The notes under the pieces: model-generated
Databases searched by the model: none
What the model was told of the DNA's origin: nothing
Seen by the model: only the letters and a program-made list of their open reading frames with translations
Shown here: in pieces, positions 18,401 through 27,635 of the stretch
Numbering within the stretch: the first letter of the stretch is position 1
Layout of the letters: the number at the start of each line of letters is the position of its first letter
NCBI GenBank assembly: GCA_947485745.1
Contig: CANKQY010000002.1
Location: 21,018 to 85,017 of the forward strand
Direction: 5' to 3'
Length of the DNA: 64,000 nt
DNA from: Bacteroidota bacterium
GTDB taxonomy: Bacteria; Bacteroidota; Bacteroidia; UKL13-3
Program-made: the position numbers and the translations under genes

Positions 18401-18994
18401 TTGAAACAAACCGAAACCACATATCGCAACAATCTTAGTATTATCCCATACTGGAAAAATGCAAAACTAAGGATAACCATTTCCCTGTTCTGTTTTATAG
18501 CTCCGCTTTACGCCTTTACTAGTAGCCAATCTGCCAATTCATATATTGTTAAATATGCCCCTTTAGCGCAAAGTTTGTCGGCTCAAACAGGTATTCCAGC
18601 AAGCGTAATTTTAGGAATTGCATTAATTGAGTCCGGCCATGGATCAAGTTTGAATACCAGAATGCTTAAAAATCATTTTGGTGTTAAAGGCAAAAATCAC
18701 CTACCTAGTCAAGGTATTAATTACCATTCAATGTATAGAAGCTATAGGTCGGATGAGGCCTCTTTTGGCCACTTTTGTACCATTATAAAGCGAAAAGGAT
18801 ATTACACCTCTATGAAAGGAAATATGGCTTATATGGAGTGGCTAATGAAAATAAACAAGGGTTATTATTCTTCTGCAGGTATGGTTTGGGTTGAAAAAAT
18901 AGCGCGAGCCATTAAAATACATCGTTTAAATAAATATGACCAAAATTTTGAAAGGCTTGCAGGGTCGCCAAGAATGAATTGGCTTCATTCCTAA
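18401..18994 (+). CDS. glucosaminidase-domain protein (mannosyl-glycoprotein endo-beta-N-acetylglucosaminidase-like)
   Basis: GIPASVILGIALIESGHGSSLNTRMLKNHFGVKG matches the FlgJ/LytD-type glucosaminidase core. N-terminal membrane anchor. TTG start as in the track. Confidence 0.65.
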   Translation: MKQTETTYRNNLSIIPYWKNAKLRITISLFCFIAPLYAFTSSQSANSYIVKYAPLAQSLSAQTGIPASVILGIALIESGHGSSLNTRMLKNHFGVKGKNHLPSQGINYHSMYRSYRSDEASFGHFCTIIKRKGYYTSMKGNMAYMEWLMKINKGYYSSAGMVWVEKIARAIKIHRLNKYDQNFERLAGSPRMNWLHS

Positions 18995-19209
18995 ATCAAG
19001 TCATCCAGCTCTAGGTATTGCTTTTGAAACTTCCAGTTTTTGTATTTGCGCCAAACATACTTAATGGCTAGGTTCAAACCGAAGGAAATACCTAAAACGC
19101 CGAGAATGATAAGGTATAAATATAACAGTTCATTGCCAGAAGAGCCTGTTATTCCGCTTGCAAAACAAAATGAAGTGGAGAGGAAGAATATAGGTATTAA
19201 CTTCATCAT
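18991..19209 (-). CDS. small hypothetical membrane protein
   Basis: 72 aa with a signal-like N-terminus plus one TM helix (LYLYLIILGVLGISFGLNLAI). Same strand as, and downstream of, cphB and the HicB-like ORF. Confidence 0.35.
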   Translation of the reverse strand: MMKLIPIFFLSTSFCFASGITGSSGNELLYLYLIILGVLGISFGLNLAIKYVWRKYKNWKFQKQYLELDDLI

Positions 19210-19254
19210 GCGTAGTTGATTAGCAATTCAAAAGTAACAAAAGTTATTTAATTA

Positions 19255-19419
19255 TCAAGAATAGTTAATACCTAATTCAGTTAAGGTAAACTTTAAATTT
19301 TCAATGGCTTCATGCGCTGTAATTCCGCTTGCAGAACAACCCGGAAGTTCCGGAATTTCTGCAATAAAGGATTGGAATTCTTCTCTTATTTCAATATCAG
19401 AATCACTTAAAATATGCAT
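19255..19419 (-). CDS. HicB-like / UPF0150-family small protein (54 aa). Absent from the ORF track because it is below the 60-aa cutoff.
   Basis: Hand translation gives MHILSDSDIEIREEFQSFIAEIPELPGCSASGITAHEAIENLKFTLTELGINYS*. The block F-x-A-x-(I/V)-P-(D/E)-L-P-G-C-x-(S/A)-x-G-x-T-x-x-E-A is the signature of the HicB N-terminal fold. The ATG lies 11 nt after the cyanophycinase stop. Confidence 0.5.
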   Translation of the reverse strand: MHILSDSDIEIREEFQSFIAEIPELPGCSASGITAHEAIENLKFTLTELGINYS

Positions 19420-19430
19420 TGGTTATTTTG

Positions 19431-20363
19431 TTATTGTTGAACTTCTTCTACTAAAGCAACTTCTTGAAACTTTCTTTCTTTAAGCAGGTAACCATTGCCT
19501 TTTACAAGAATATTTACTTTTAGTCCTTCAATAGAAATGGGCGCACCTTCAGAAATATCTGTAATATTTGAATGACGAATGTCTTTGCCATCTACAATTA
19601 CCACTGCGCCGCTGCCTACTACTTCTAATTGGTTTCCTTCCGTAATCACTACACCAGTATCTTCGCCAAGGCCAATTCCTGTGCATTGAGGGTTACTCGC
19701 AACTGCTTGCGCTAAACGATTAAAACGCCCGCGCTTGTCAAAATGTGAGTCGATAATTACATTGGCAACAAAAGCTAAACCGGTTGTAATTTTTACTTCA
19801 CCTTTTAAGTGAGCTAAATCACTTTTTCCATGGTAAATCATGGTATTGCTCATGGCCATTGCACCTGCACTAGTACCTGCAATAACAAAATTTTCTTCGG
19901 TCATTAACCTATCATGTAAAATTTGGTAAATTTCTGTTCCTCCAAAAATGCTGGTTAACCTTAATTGATCGCCTCCACTGAACATTACACCGTTGCAGGT
20001 TTTGATCCTATTAATATATTCTTCTTGTGCCGCATCTTGCCTATTGCGAATGGGTATGATACCAACGTTATTACAGCCAATTTTACCAAACGCATCTACA
20101 TAATTTTCACCCACTTCTTCTGGAATAGATGATGCTGTAGTAATTACTTCAATTCGCTTTTCTGTACCTCCAACTTCGTCTACTATTCGTTTTAGGATTC
20201 CCAATTCAAAAAAATTAAGTCGGTTTCTTTGAACAAAGCCCTGCTCCAAATCTGTTCCTTTATCCTCTGCTCCACCTATGGAGATGAGCTTTCCTTTTGG
20301 TTTTTCCAATGTTAAATTAATATGATATGGCGTGCAATATAATGGTCGTGGCCTATCTGACAA
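19431..20363 (-). CDS. cphB: cyanophycinase (peptidase family S51)
   Basis: LISIGGAEDKG, FSGGDQLRL and the catalytic-serine motif IAGTSAGAMAMS. No signal peptide, so the intracellular type. Confidence 0.85.
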   Translation of the reverse strand: MSDRPRPLYCTPYHINLTLEKPKGKLISIGGAEDKGTDLEQGFVQRNRLNFFELGILKRIVDEVGGTEKRIEVITTASSIPEEVGENYVDAFGKIGCNNVGIIPIRNRQDAAQEEYINRIKTCNGVMFSGGDQLRLTSIFGGTEIYQILHDRLMTEENFVIAGTSAGAMAMSNTMIYHGKSDLAHLKGEVKITTGLAFVANVIIDSHFDKRGRFNRLAQAVASNPQCTGIGLGEDTGVVITEGNQLEVVGSGAVVIVDGKDIRHSNITDISEGAPISIEGLKVNILVKGNGYLLKERKFQEVALVEEVQQ

Positions 20364-20458
20364 ACTTTTGTTATCATTTTTTGGAAAAAAGCACTTTCAC
20401 AGGCAAAATCATTTTAAAAGAATGCCAACTGTAGCTATGATTCTTGGTAGAAAAAAAA

Positions 20459-21538
20459 TTACAAAGTAGTGCAGTTTTGTTTTGAAATAACCTTTAATCT
20501 TTTGTTAAACTCATCTAGCCAAAGCTGGAGTCCATCAGAATTCCAATGTGAATCGCTTTTAGCGTAATAGGCAGAAGGATGTTGTTTAAAAATGCTGTAA
20601 ATATCAATTATTTTCATTCTTAAAGTATCAACCTTATTGATGGTGGGAATTAGGTTATTATAGTTACCTAAATTTGGATTTACAACCGTAACTGGGTTGG
20701 GTATGATGGCCAAATATATTTCATCAAAACCTTTTGATTGATACAAATCATATAGTTTATTGATGGTGGTACATATTATGTTGAATTCTGCTAAATCAAT
20801 GGGGTAAAATGCATTCATTTTTTGCTCTCCAGAAACGGTGGGTTTATAATACAATTGTTTGTATGCCGTGTCAACAAAAACTTCATCATTTAATCTATTA
20901 AACACGTAATAATTTAAATTAGCTTTGAGTTCTTTTAATGGCCGAAAAATTTTGTAATCAAACAAATTTAATTCCAAATTAGAGTTGATATTTGGGTTGA
21001 TTAATGGAGATTGTAACTTCTCCAATAAATTGTATGAATTTGTATTTTCGTTATTGGGAGCCGCTTCGGCAGCTTTTTTGCCAATAGACAGCATGTTTGC
21101 TGCACCATCAAAATTATCAAGTAATATTCTCACATACCTTTCAGTCATCTCAAATACAAGCACATTTTTTTTGGTGGTATCGAGTGTTTCTTGGGCAAGA
21201 AATGTTTCGGTTTCAAACCACTTCATTTTATATAGCTTATTTGTATTACAAAAATGCTTTGAGGTAACCCTATAATATAAATAGCTATCCGAAAAAAGGT
21301 AAAGATTGATGTTTTTTTCTAGCGTGTCATTGGCTGCTTTTATATCGTAAGAAAAAGGGTATCGATAATCTGTAAGGTAACACATGCCATATAATCCCCC
21401 AAAGCCAATTTTATCAGAACCTAAGAGCATTCTCTTCTCTCTATAATCTGTATATTTTTCAGTTATTTTTGCGCTGTTACTGCAATAATAGGTAACTAAA
21501 CAAATGGCAATTATCAGAGACGAAATAAACTTTCTCAT
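20459..21538 (-). CDS. AlgX/AlgJ-like SGNH-type O-acyltransferase partner of the upstream MBOAT
   Basis: N-terminal anchor (FISSLIIAICLVTYYC). C-terminal AKSDSHWNSDG resembles the D-x-H-W catalytic block of AlgJ/AlgX. Start moved to ATG 21538, giving TAAcATG with the MBOAT stop. Confidence 0.55.
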   Translation of the reverse strand: MRKFISSLIIAICLVTYYCSNSAKITEKYTDYREKRMLLGSDKIGFGGLYGMCYLTDYRYPFSYDIKAANDTLEKNINLYLFSDSYLYYRVTSKHFCNTNKLYKMKWFETETFLAQETLDTTKKNVLVFEMTERYVRILLDNFDGAANMLSIGKKAAEAAPNNENTNSYNLLEKLQSPLINPNINSNLELNLFDYKIFRPLKELKANLNYYVFNRLNDEVFVDTAYKQLYYKPTVSGEQKMNAFYPIDLAEFNIICTTINKLYDLYQSKGFDEIYLAIIPNPVTVVNPNLGNYNNLIPTINKVDTLRMKIIDIYSIFKQHPSAYYAKSDSHWNSDGLQLWLDEFNKRLKVISKQNCTTL

Positions 21539-21539
21539 G

Positions 21540-22949
21540 TTAAAATTGGAAGTAAATAAATTGTTTTTGGTTAAAAACACCAAATAGATAACTAGAAAAT
21601 AGTATGATAAAATTGATCACATAAAAATAACTGTTATTTTGAGTATTGATATGCAGCCATAACCTTTCTTTAATCATCAATAATGCAATGAGTAAAAAAC
21701 AAAAAAGGAGCTCATACCGGAAAAAATATAAGCTAATGTTATCGGTTATTGAAAATTGAAACATTTTCTTGATTACTTCAAGCCCATCGCTTATTGATGT
21801 TGCTCTAAAAAATACCCAAGCAAAACATACAAGTGCAAATGTTATAAGCATGTTAGGTATCAGGAAATACCGATGCTTAAATACTGATAATTTTAACTTA
21901 TCAATTATGCTGTTTTTTAGCATTGCAAAAACTAAAAACATACCATGAATTGCCCCCCATAAAATAAAAGTCCAATTGGCTCCATGCCATAAACCGCTTA
22001 TGGTAAATACCAATAAAATGTTGAAAATCCAACGTGGTACTTTTACTCGGTTCCCACCAATACTTATATATAAATAATCTTTGAACCAAGTTGACAAGGA
22101 AATATGCCACCTTTTCCAAAATTCTGAAACAGATTTTGAAAAATAGGGCATATTAAAATTGTCCATTAGCTTAAATCCCATAATTCGTGCTGCACCTATA
22201 GCCATGTCTGAGTAACCAGAAAAATCGCAATAAATTTGAAAGGCATAGAAGGTTGTTGCAATTATAAGTGATAAACCAGATTGGGTGCTAATGTTTGCAT
22301 ATGAATAATCAACTGCCATCGAAAGCCTGTCTGCAATTACTACTTTTTTAAATAACCCAAAAGCCATTTGCGTGAACCCACTTTTGAAGCGTTCAAAATC
22401 AAAAAAATGTTCTTCTTTAAATTGATGAATCAGATTTTGTGGCCTTTCAATAGGACCAGCAACTAATTGAGGATAGAACATCACATACAATGCATAGATT
22501 CCAAAATTTCTCTCAGCTTTTTGGTGACCTCTATACACTTCAATGGTGTAACTCATTGCCTGAAATGTATGAAAAGATAGCCCTATAGGTAAAATGATTT
22601 TTAATGCAGGCAAGGGGTTATTCAAATTGAAGGAAAATAGAATAGAAGAAATATTTTCAAACAAAAAGTTATAGTATTTAAAAACTGCTAAAACCCCTAT
22701 GTTGGCTATAAGACTTAAAATTAAATATGATTTTCTAACTCTTCCTTTTGACCCTTCTAATAATATACCTGAATAAAAGTCAATTACAATAGTAAACCCT
22801 AAAATTAGCAGGTAAATGGGAATAAAAGACATATAGAAAAAGCAGCTAGATGCCAATAATAAAATCCACCTAAATCTATGTGAAATTGAAAAATAGCTTA
22901 TTGTAACTATTATAAAGAAAAGAAGAAATTGCAGAGAGTTAAATAGCAA
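21540..22949 (-). CDS. MBOAT-family membrane-bound O-acyltransferase (AlgI/DltB/PatA-like)
   Basis: 469-aa polytopic protein. Conserved MBOAT blocks FWKRWHISLSTWFKDYLYISIGGNR and ISGLWHGANW (catalytic His). Confidence 0.85.
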   Translation of the reverse strand: MLFNSLQFLLFFIIVTISYFSISHRFRWILLLASSCFFYMSFIPIYLLILGFTIVIDFYSGILLEGSKGRVRKSYLILSLIANIGVLAVFKYYNFLFENISSILFSFNLNNPLPALKIILPIGLSFHTFQAMSYTIEVYRGHQKAERNFGIYALYVMFYPQLVAGPIERPQNLIHQFKEEHFFDFERFKSGFTQMAFGLFKKVVIADRLSMAVDYSYANISTQSGLSLIIATTFYAFQIYCDFSGYSDMAIGAARIMGFKLMDNFNMPYFSKSVSEFWKRWHISLSTWFKDYLYISIGGNRVKVPRWIFNILLVFTISGLWHGANWTFILWGAIHGMFLVFAMLKNSIIDKLKLSVFKHRYFLIPNMLITFALVCFAWVFFRATSISDGLEVIKKMFQFSITDNISLYFFRYELLFCFLLIALLMIKERLWLHINTQNNSYFYVINFIILFSSYLFGVFNQKQFIYFQF

Positions 22950-23129
22950 GTTTGATTTTTAGTCTGTGATTATTGTAAAATTAGTAGCTGTACGAATGTA
23001 TAAAAAAATATGATTTCTAAAGAACGGCAAATTCATAAAACACTCAGGCCAACCAATTATTTTACCTGAGTGTTTTGATTTTAATTAGTGAATGGTATAT
23101 TGTGCATATATTACCATCTGAACGAGCTT

Positions 23130-25775
23130 ATGAAAATAATTGATATAAAAGTAATGCGTGGCCCCAACTATTGGAGTGTACGTCGACATAAATTAATCCA
23201 AATGCGATTAGATTTGGAAGAGATGGAGGAGCGACCAACCAATAAAATTGATGGTTTTAAAGAGCGTTTAGAGGCCTTGTTTCCAACCATGTTTTCGCAC
23301 AGGTGTTCTGTTGGGCAAGCTGGTGGTTTTTTTAGCAGGGTTGAGGAAGGCACTTGGATGGGACATGTTATTGAGCACATCGCCTTAGAGCTCCAAACCC
23401 TTGCAGGCATGGAATGCGGTTATGGCAGAACTCGAAGTACTGGTAAGCATGGAGTTTATAATGTGGTATTTAGTTATATGGAAGAAAAGGCAGGTATTTA
23501 TACAGCCAAAGCAGCTGTAAAAATAACTGAAGCGTTAATAAATGGGGCCCCTTATGATTTGTCTGAAGATATTCAAAATTTAAGAGAAATTAGGGAAGAC
23601 GAACGCCTTGGTCCGAGCACTGGTAGCATTGTGGATGAAGCAGTGTCGAGAGGAATTCCATATATTCGTTTAAACCGCAGTTCCTTAGTGCAATTGGGTT
23701 ACGGTGTGAACCAAAAACGCGTTAGAGCAACAATTGCGAGCACTACTGGCAGCATTGCTGTTGATATTGCCTGCGACAAAGAAGAAACCAAAAACTTATT
23801 AGAGGCAGCACAAATCCCTGTGCCCAAAGGTAGAATTGTATACACAGAAGAGGATCTTGAATCTGCTATCGAAAGTGTTAAATATCCTATCGTTACCAAA
23901 CCTATAGATGGCAATCATGGCAAAGGTGCCACAACCAATATTACCAATTGGGACGATGCATTAAAAGGATTAGAAGCAGCCAAAAAGTATGGTAGAGGTG
24001 TCATTGTAGAAAAGTACATTACGGGTTTGGATCACCGCGTTTTGGTAATCAATTACAAATTTGTGGCAGCTGCTATTCGCAAACCAGCAGCAGTTATGGG
24101 AGATGGCAAACATACTATTCAGGAATTAATAGACATAACAAACCTTGACCCTCGCAGAGGATTTGGACATGAAAAAACACTCACCAGTATTAAGGTGGAT
24201 GGCTTTACATTAGATATGTTAACTCAAAAAGGCCTAACCCTAGATTCTGTTTTGCCAAAAGGGGAAGAACAATGGCTGAAACCTACTGCTAATTTGAGCA
24301 CTGGAGGAACAGCAACTGATATTACAGATTTTGTGCATCCCGATAATGTATTTATGTGCGAGCGAATTGCCCGCATCATTGGTTTAGATATTTGTGGTGT
24401 AGATATTATGGCCGAGAGCTTAAGTGAGCCAATACAAAATAATGGTGGCGCTATACTTGAAGTAAATGCTGCACCAGGTTTCAGAATGCATATTGATCCT
24501 GCCGAAGGTTTACCTAGAAATGTAGCAGAACCAGTAATTGATATGCTTTACCCTACAGGCAGTTCGGCCCGTATTCCTATAATTGCTGTAACTGGTACAA
24601 ATGGAAAAACCACTACAACAAGGTTAATGGCACACATGGTTAAAACTATGGGTTACAAAGTTGGTTATACCACAACAGATGGCGTTTACATTCAAAATCA
24701 AATGATGATGCGCGGAGATTGCACGGGTCCTGTAAGTGCTGAGTTTGTATTAAAAGATCCAACTGTAGATTTTGCTATTTTAGAATGTGCAAGGGGTGGA
24801 ATATTGCGCTCTGGATTAGGCTTCCACAACTGTGATATGGCCATTGTAACAAATATCAGCGAAGATCATTTAGGCTTACAAGATATCGATACCATTGATC
24901 AATTGGCAAGAGTTAAGGCAGTGGTTCCAAATAGCGTATTGCCTAATGGTTATGCCATTTTAAATGCAGATAACAAATGGAGTGCTGGCATGTCCAAAGA
25001 TTTAACATGTAAGGTTGCTTATTTTACCATGAATGAAAACAATCCATTGGTGCAAGAGCACATGAAGGCAGGTGGATTAGCAGCTATTTATGAGAGTGGA
25101 TTTGTAACTATTTGTAAAGGTACTTGGAAAATTAGGGTAGAAAAGGCAGCAAATATTCCGCTAACTTTTGGCGGCAGAGCAAGCTATAATATTCAAAATG
25201 TTTTGCCAACCTTATTAGCTGGTTTTATCAGGAATTTCAAAATTGAAGATATGCGCACTGCTTTGCATACCTTTATACCGGGGCCAGCGCAAACGCCGGG
25301 GCGGATGAATATTTTTAGGTTCAGAAATTTTGAAGTAATGGTTGATTATGCCCATAACGCTTCAGGTTTTGAAGCAATAGCAGATATGTTGAGTAAAATT
25401 GAAGCCAAACATGTTGGAATTATTGCAGGAGTTGGTGATAGAAGAGATGAAGACACCATTGCCCTTGGAACGCTGGCGGCACAGATGTTTGAGGAAATAA
25501 TTATAAGGCAGGATAAAAATTTGAGGGGCAGAACTGAGCAAGAAATTATTGATCTCATGATGAAAGGGATTTTTCAAGTTGATCCAAATAAAAAGGTGAG
25601 CATTTTTAGAAAAGAAACAGAAGCGATTGATTATGCGATTAAAAATGCAGCCAAATATAGTTTTATTACTATCTGTAGCGACGTGGTGCCAGATGCCTTG
25701 GATCAAATCATGAAACTCAAAGCAATGGATGATGCAGGTGAAATGGAATTTGGAACTATGGTAAGTAGCTCTTGA
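23130..25775 (+). CDS. cphA: cyanophycin synthetase
   Basis: N-domain MKIIDIKVMRGPNYWS..., a central ATP-grasp domain, and a C-terminal Mur-ligase-like domain with P-loop GTNGKTTTT. I prefer ATG 23130 over the track's GTG 23088. Confidence 0.9.
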   Translation: MKIIDIKVMRGPNYWSVRRHKLIQMRLDLEEMEERPTNKIDGFKERLEALFPTMFSHRCSVGQAGGFFSRVEEGTWMGHVIEHIALELQTLAGMECGYGRTRSTGKHGVYNVVFSYMEEKAGIYTAKAAVKITEALINGAPYDLSEDIQNLREIREDERLGPSTGSIVDEAVSRGIPYIRLNRSSLVQLGYGVNQKRVRATIASTTGSIAVDIACDKEETKNLLEAAQIPVPKGRIVYTEEDLESAIESVKYPIVTKPIDGNHGKGATTNITNWDDALKGLEAAKKYGRGVIVEKYITGLDHRVLVINYKFVAAAIRKPAAVMGDGKHTIQELIDITNLDPRRGFGHEKTLTSIKVDGFTLDMLTQKGLTLDSVLPKGEEQWLKPTANLSTGGTATDITDFVHPDNVFMCERIARIIGLDICGVDIMAESLSEPIQNNGGAILEVNAAPGFRMHIDPAEGLPRNVAEPVIDMLYPTGSSARIPIIAVTGTNGKTTTTRLMAHMVKTMGYKVGYTTTDGVYIQNQMMMRGDCTGPVSAEFVLKDPTVDFAILECARGGILRSGLGFHNCDMAIVTNISEDHLGLQDIDTIDQLARVKAVVPNSVLPNGYAILNADNKWSAGMSKDLTCKVAYFTMNENNPLVQEHMKAGGLAAIYESGFVTICKGTWKIRVEKAANIPLTFGGRASYNIQNVLPTLLAGFIRNFKIEDMRTALHTFIPGPAQTPGRMNIFRFRNFEVMVDYAHNASGFEAIADMLSKIEAKHVGIIAGVGDRRDEDTIALGTLAAQMFEEIIIRQDKNLRGRTEQEIIDLMMKGIFQVDPNKKVSIFRKETEAIDYAIKNAAKYSFITICSDVVPDALDQIMKLKAMDDAGEMEFGTMVSSS

Positions 25776-25823
25776 CAACACAATTATGGCAATTAAGAAG
25801 GATATGCAGAAAATAAACACAGT

Positions 25824-26008
25824 GTGTTGATTGTTTTGCAGGCATTGGATGCTACGGGGAAGGATGGTGCCATTAAGCATGTTATGACTGGCTTTAACCC
25901 TCATGGTGTATAAGTAATTAGCTTTAAAACACTCTCTTGTGTTGAGCTTGATCATGATTATTTTGGCGCCATTACAATGAGCTGCCTGGAAAAGGAGAAA
26001 TAGGAATT
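25824..26008 (+). pseudogene. relic of a polyphosphate kinase 2 (PPK2) family gene
   Basis: One frame reads VLIVLQALDATGKDGAIKHVMTGFNPHGV*VISFKTLSCVELDHDYFGAITMSCLEKEK*EF. This matches the conserved PPK2 N-terminal block (Walker-A-like D-x-x-GKDG, then SFK-x-P-x-x-x-ELDHD) but has in-frame stops and no N- or C-terminal remainder. Confidence 0.55.
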
Positions 26009-26111
26009 TAAAAGGGGAGGCATATCTCCTAATTTGGTTAAATTAAACGCTTGAAATTTAGATAAGGCAATAATGCCAACTTTGTTGCGTTTTTTGTATA
26101 ATATCTAAATT

Positions 26112-27593
26112 ATGAAAACCTTCAAATCATTTTTAAGCGCATTATTGCTCACCCTTACAACTGGTCTATTGGTTTATTTTGGCTCTTCATTTTTAAGCCA
26201 AAATATGGCTCAACCTGCCCAAGATAAAAATCTTCAAGTAGCAACTATTTCACCAACTTTAACCCAAAGTATAGTTGAAGATACCAATTCCAAGGTTTCA
26301 CATTCGGAAACTAAGTTGATTCGATTCTCAGTAGCATCCGATAACAATTATTTTATTAAAAATAGTTCAAGTAAACAAATTGGATATTTTTATGCAGAAT
26401 TAAAGGCAGGTCAGTATCTGCCCGACCCAAATAAAAAAAGAACCCCCTTAAATATTTCATTGGTGATAGACAGAAGTGGGTCAATGGAAGGCGACAAAAT
26501 AGCCTATGTTAAAAAGGCAGCATCGTTTGTGGTAGATAATTTAAGTCCTGAAGATTATTTATCAATTGTGATTTATGATACAGAGGTAAAAGTTCTTTAT
26601 CCTTCGAGTAAAATAATTAATAAGCAACAAGTTAAAAGGCTGATAAGCACGATAGAATCTGACGGAAGCACCAATTTAAGTGGTGGTATGATAGATGGTT
26701 TTAAAGAAGTAAAGAGTACCTTCAAGCCTGGTTTTATGAACCGTGTTTTACTTTTAACAGATGGCTTGGCTAATCAGGGAATAACCGAACCTAATCGATT
26801 GGAGGCAATTGTTGCGAGCAGATTAAAAGATGAATCAATTAGTCTCTCAACCTTTGGTGTAGGAAATGATTTTAATGAAGACCTACTACAAAATCTTGCA
26901 GAATTTGGCAGTGGTAATTATTATTTTATAGCCTCGCCCGATAAAATTCCAGGAATCTTTCAAAAAGAAATGAAAGGCTTATTGAGTGTTGTAGCCCAAA
27001 ACACCAAATTAATGATTGATTTGCCTTTGGGAGCAAACCTTGATAAGGTTTATGGCTATCCATTTACCTATTCAAACCATCAGATTGAAATTAATTTTAA
27101 AGACTTGTTTTCAGAAGAAACTAAGGCGGTTTTGATAAAATATAATGTGCCGCCAAATTCTAATAAAACATTTGAAATTAAAGCACATTTAAAATACGAT
27201 GATGCCACCATGGAATCGGTACCAGCTATTGCCTCTGTTTTGTCCTCAGAAATAAAGGGCACTAATTTGGAGATAGAAAGAGAGCAGGATTACAACAAAT
27301 TTGTTTTGCAACAAATTGCCTTATTCGAGTCTAATGAAAAAATGGATGAGGCCATGAAAGCCGTTGACAAAGGAGAGTATGATAAAGCTAGAAAGATTGT
27401 AGGTGAAAATGAGATTTATTTAAAGGAGAAAAGAATGAAATTACCCGGAAGTTACGAACTTCAACGCCAAGATTCTATCAATCAAAACTATGCCCAAAGC
27501 ATACAAAGGGCAGAAACCATGAGCAAAGAGGATATGAAAGTGATGCAAAAGTGCAATAAAAGCTTAAACTACGAAGTGAGGAAAAAGAAATAG
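26112..27593 (+). CDS. von Willebrand factor type A (VWA) domain protein, membrane-anchored or secreted
   Basis: N-terminal hydrophobic anchor. MIDAS motif VIDRSGSMEGDKI plus STNLSGG and LLLTDGLANQG. Helical Lys/Glu-rich C-terminus. Confidence 0.8.
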   Translation: MKTFKSFLSALLLTLTTGLLVYFGSSFLSQNMAQPAQDKNLQVATISPTLTQSIVEDTNSKVSHSETKLIRFSVASDNNYFIKNSSSKQIGYFYAELKAGQYLPDPNKKRTPLNISLVIDRSGSMEGDKIAYVKKAASFVVDNLSPEDYLSIVIYDTEVKVLYPSSKIINKQQVKRLISTIESDGSTNLSGGMIDGFKEVKSTFKPGFMNRVLLLTDGLANQGITEPNRLEAIVASRLKDESISLSTFGVGNDFNEDLLQNLAEFGSGNYYFIASPDKIPGIFQKEMKGLLSVVAQNTKLMIDLPLGANLDKVYGYPFTYSNHQIEINFKDLFSEETKAVLIKYNVPPNSNKTFEIKAHLKYDDATMESVPAIASVLSSEIKGTNLEIEREQDYNKFVLQQIALFESNEKMDEAMKAVDKGEYDKARKIVGENEIYLKEKRMKLPGSYELQRQDSINQNYAQSIQRAETMSKEDMKVMQKCNKSLNYEVRKKK

Positions 27594-27635
27594 ATTTTTT
27601 AGGGGAGGGGGTAAAAGGGGCTGAATGGCCACTTT

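Noticed and set aside
25362-25955. 197-aa minus-strand ORF overlapping the 3' end of cphA and the downstream gap
   Set aside because: It is antisense to a confidently identified gene. The composition is low-complexity and Ile/Phe/Asn-rich, typical of antisense frames in AT-rich DNA. The part outside cphA is better explained by the PPK2 relic on the plus strand.
27594-27635. G-rich tract (AGGGGAGGGGGTAAAAGGGG) between the convergent VWA and lipoprotein genes
   Set aside because: I considered a G-quadruplex or a bidirectional terminator. There are only three clear G-runs, and the possible TAAAAG/CTTTTA hairpin is imperfect and AT-rich. This is not enough to support either call.
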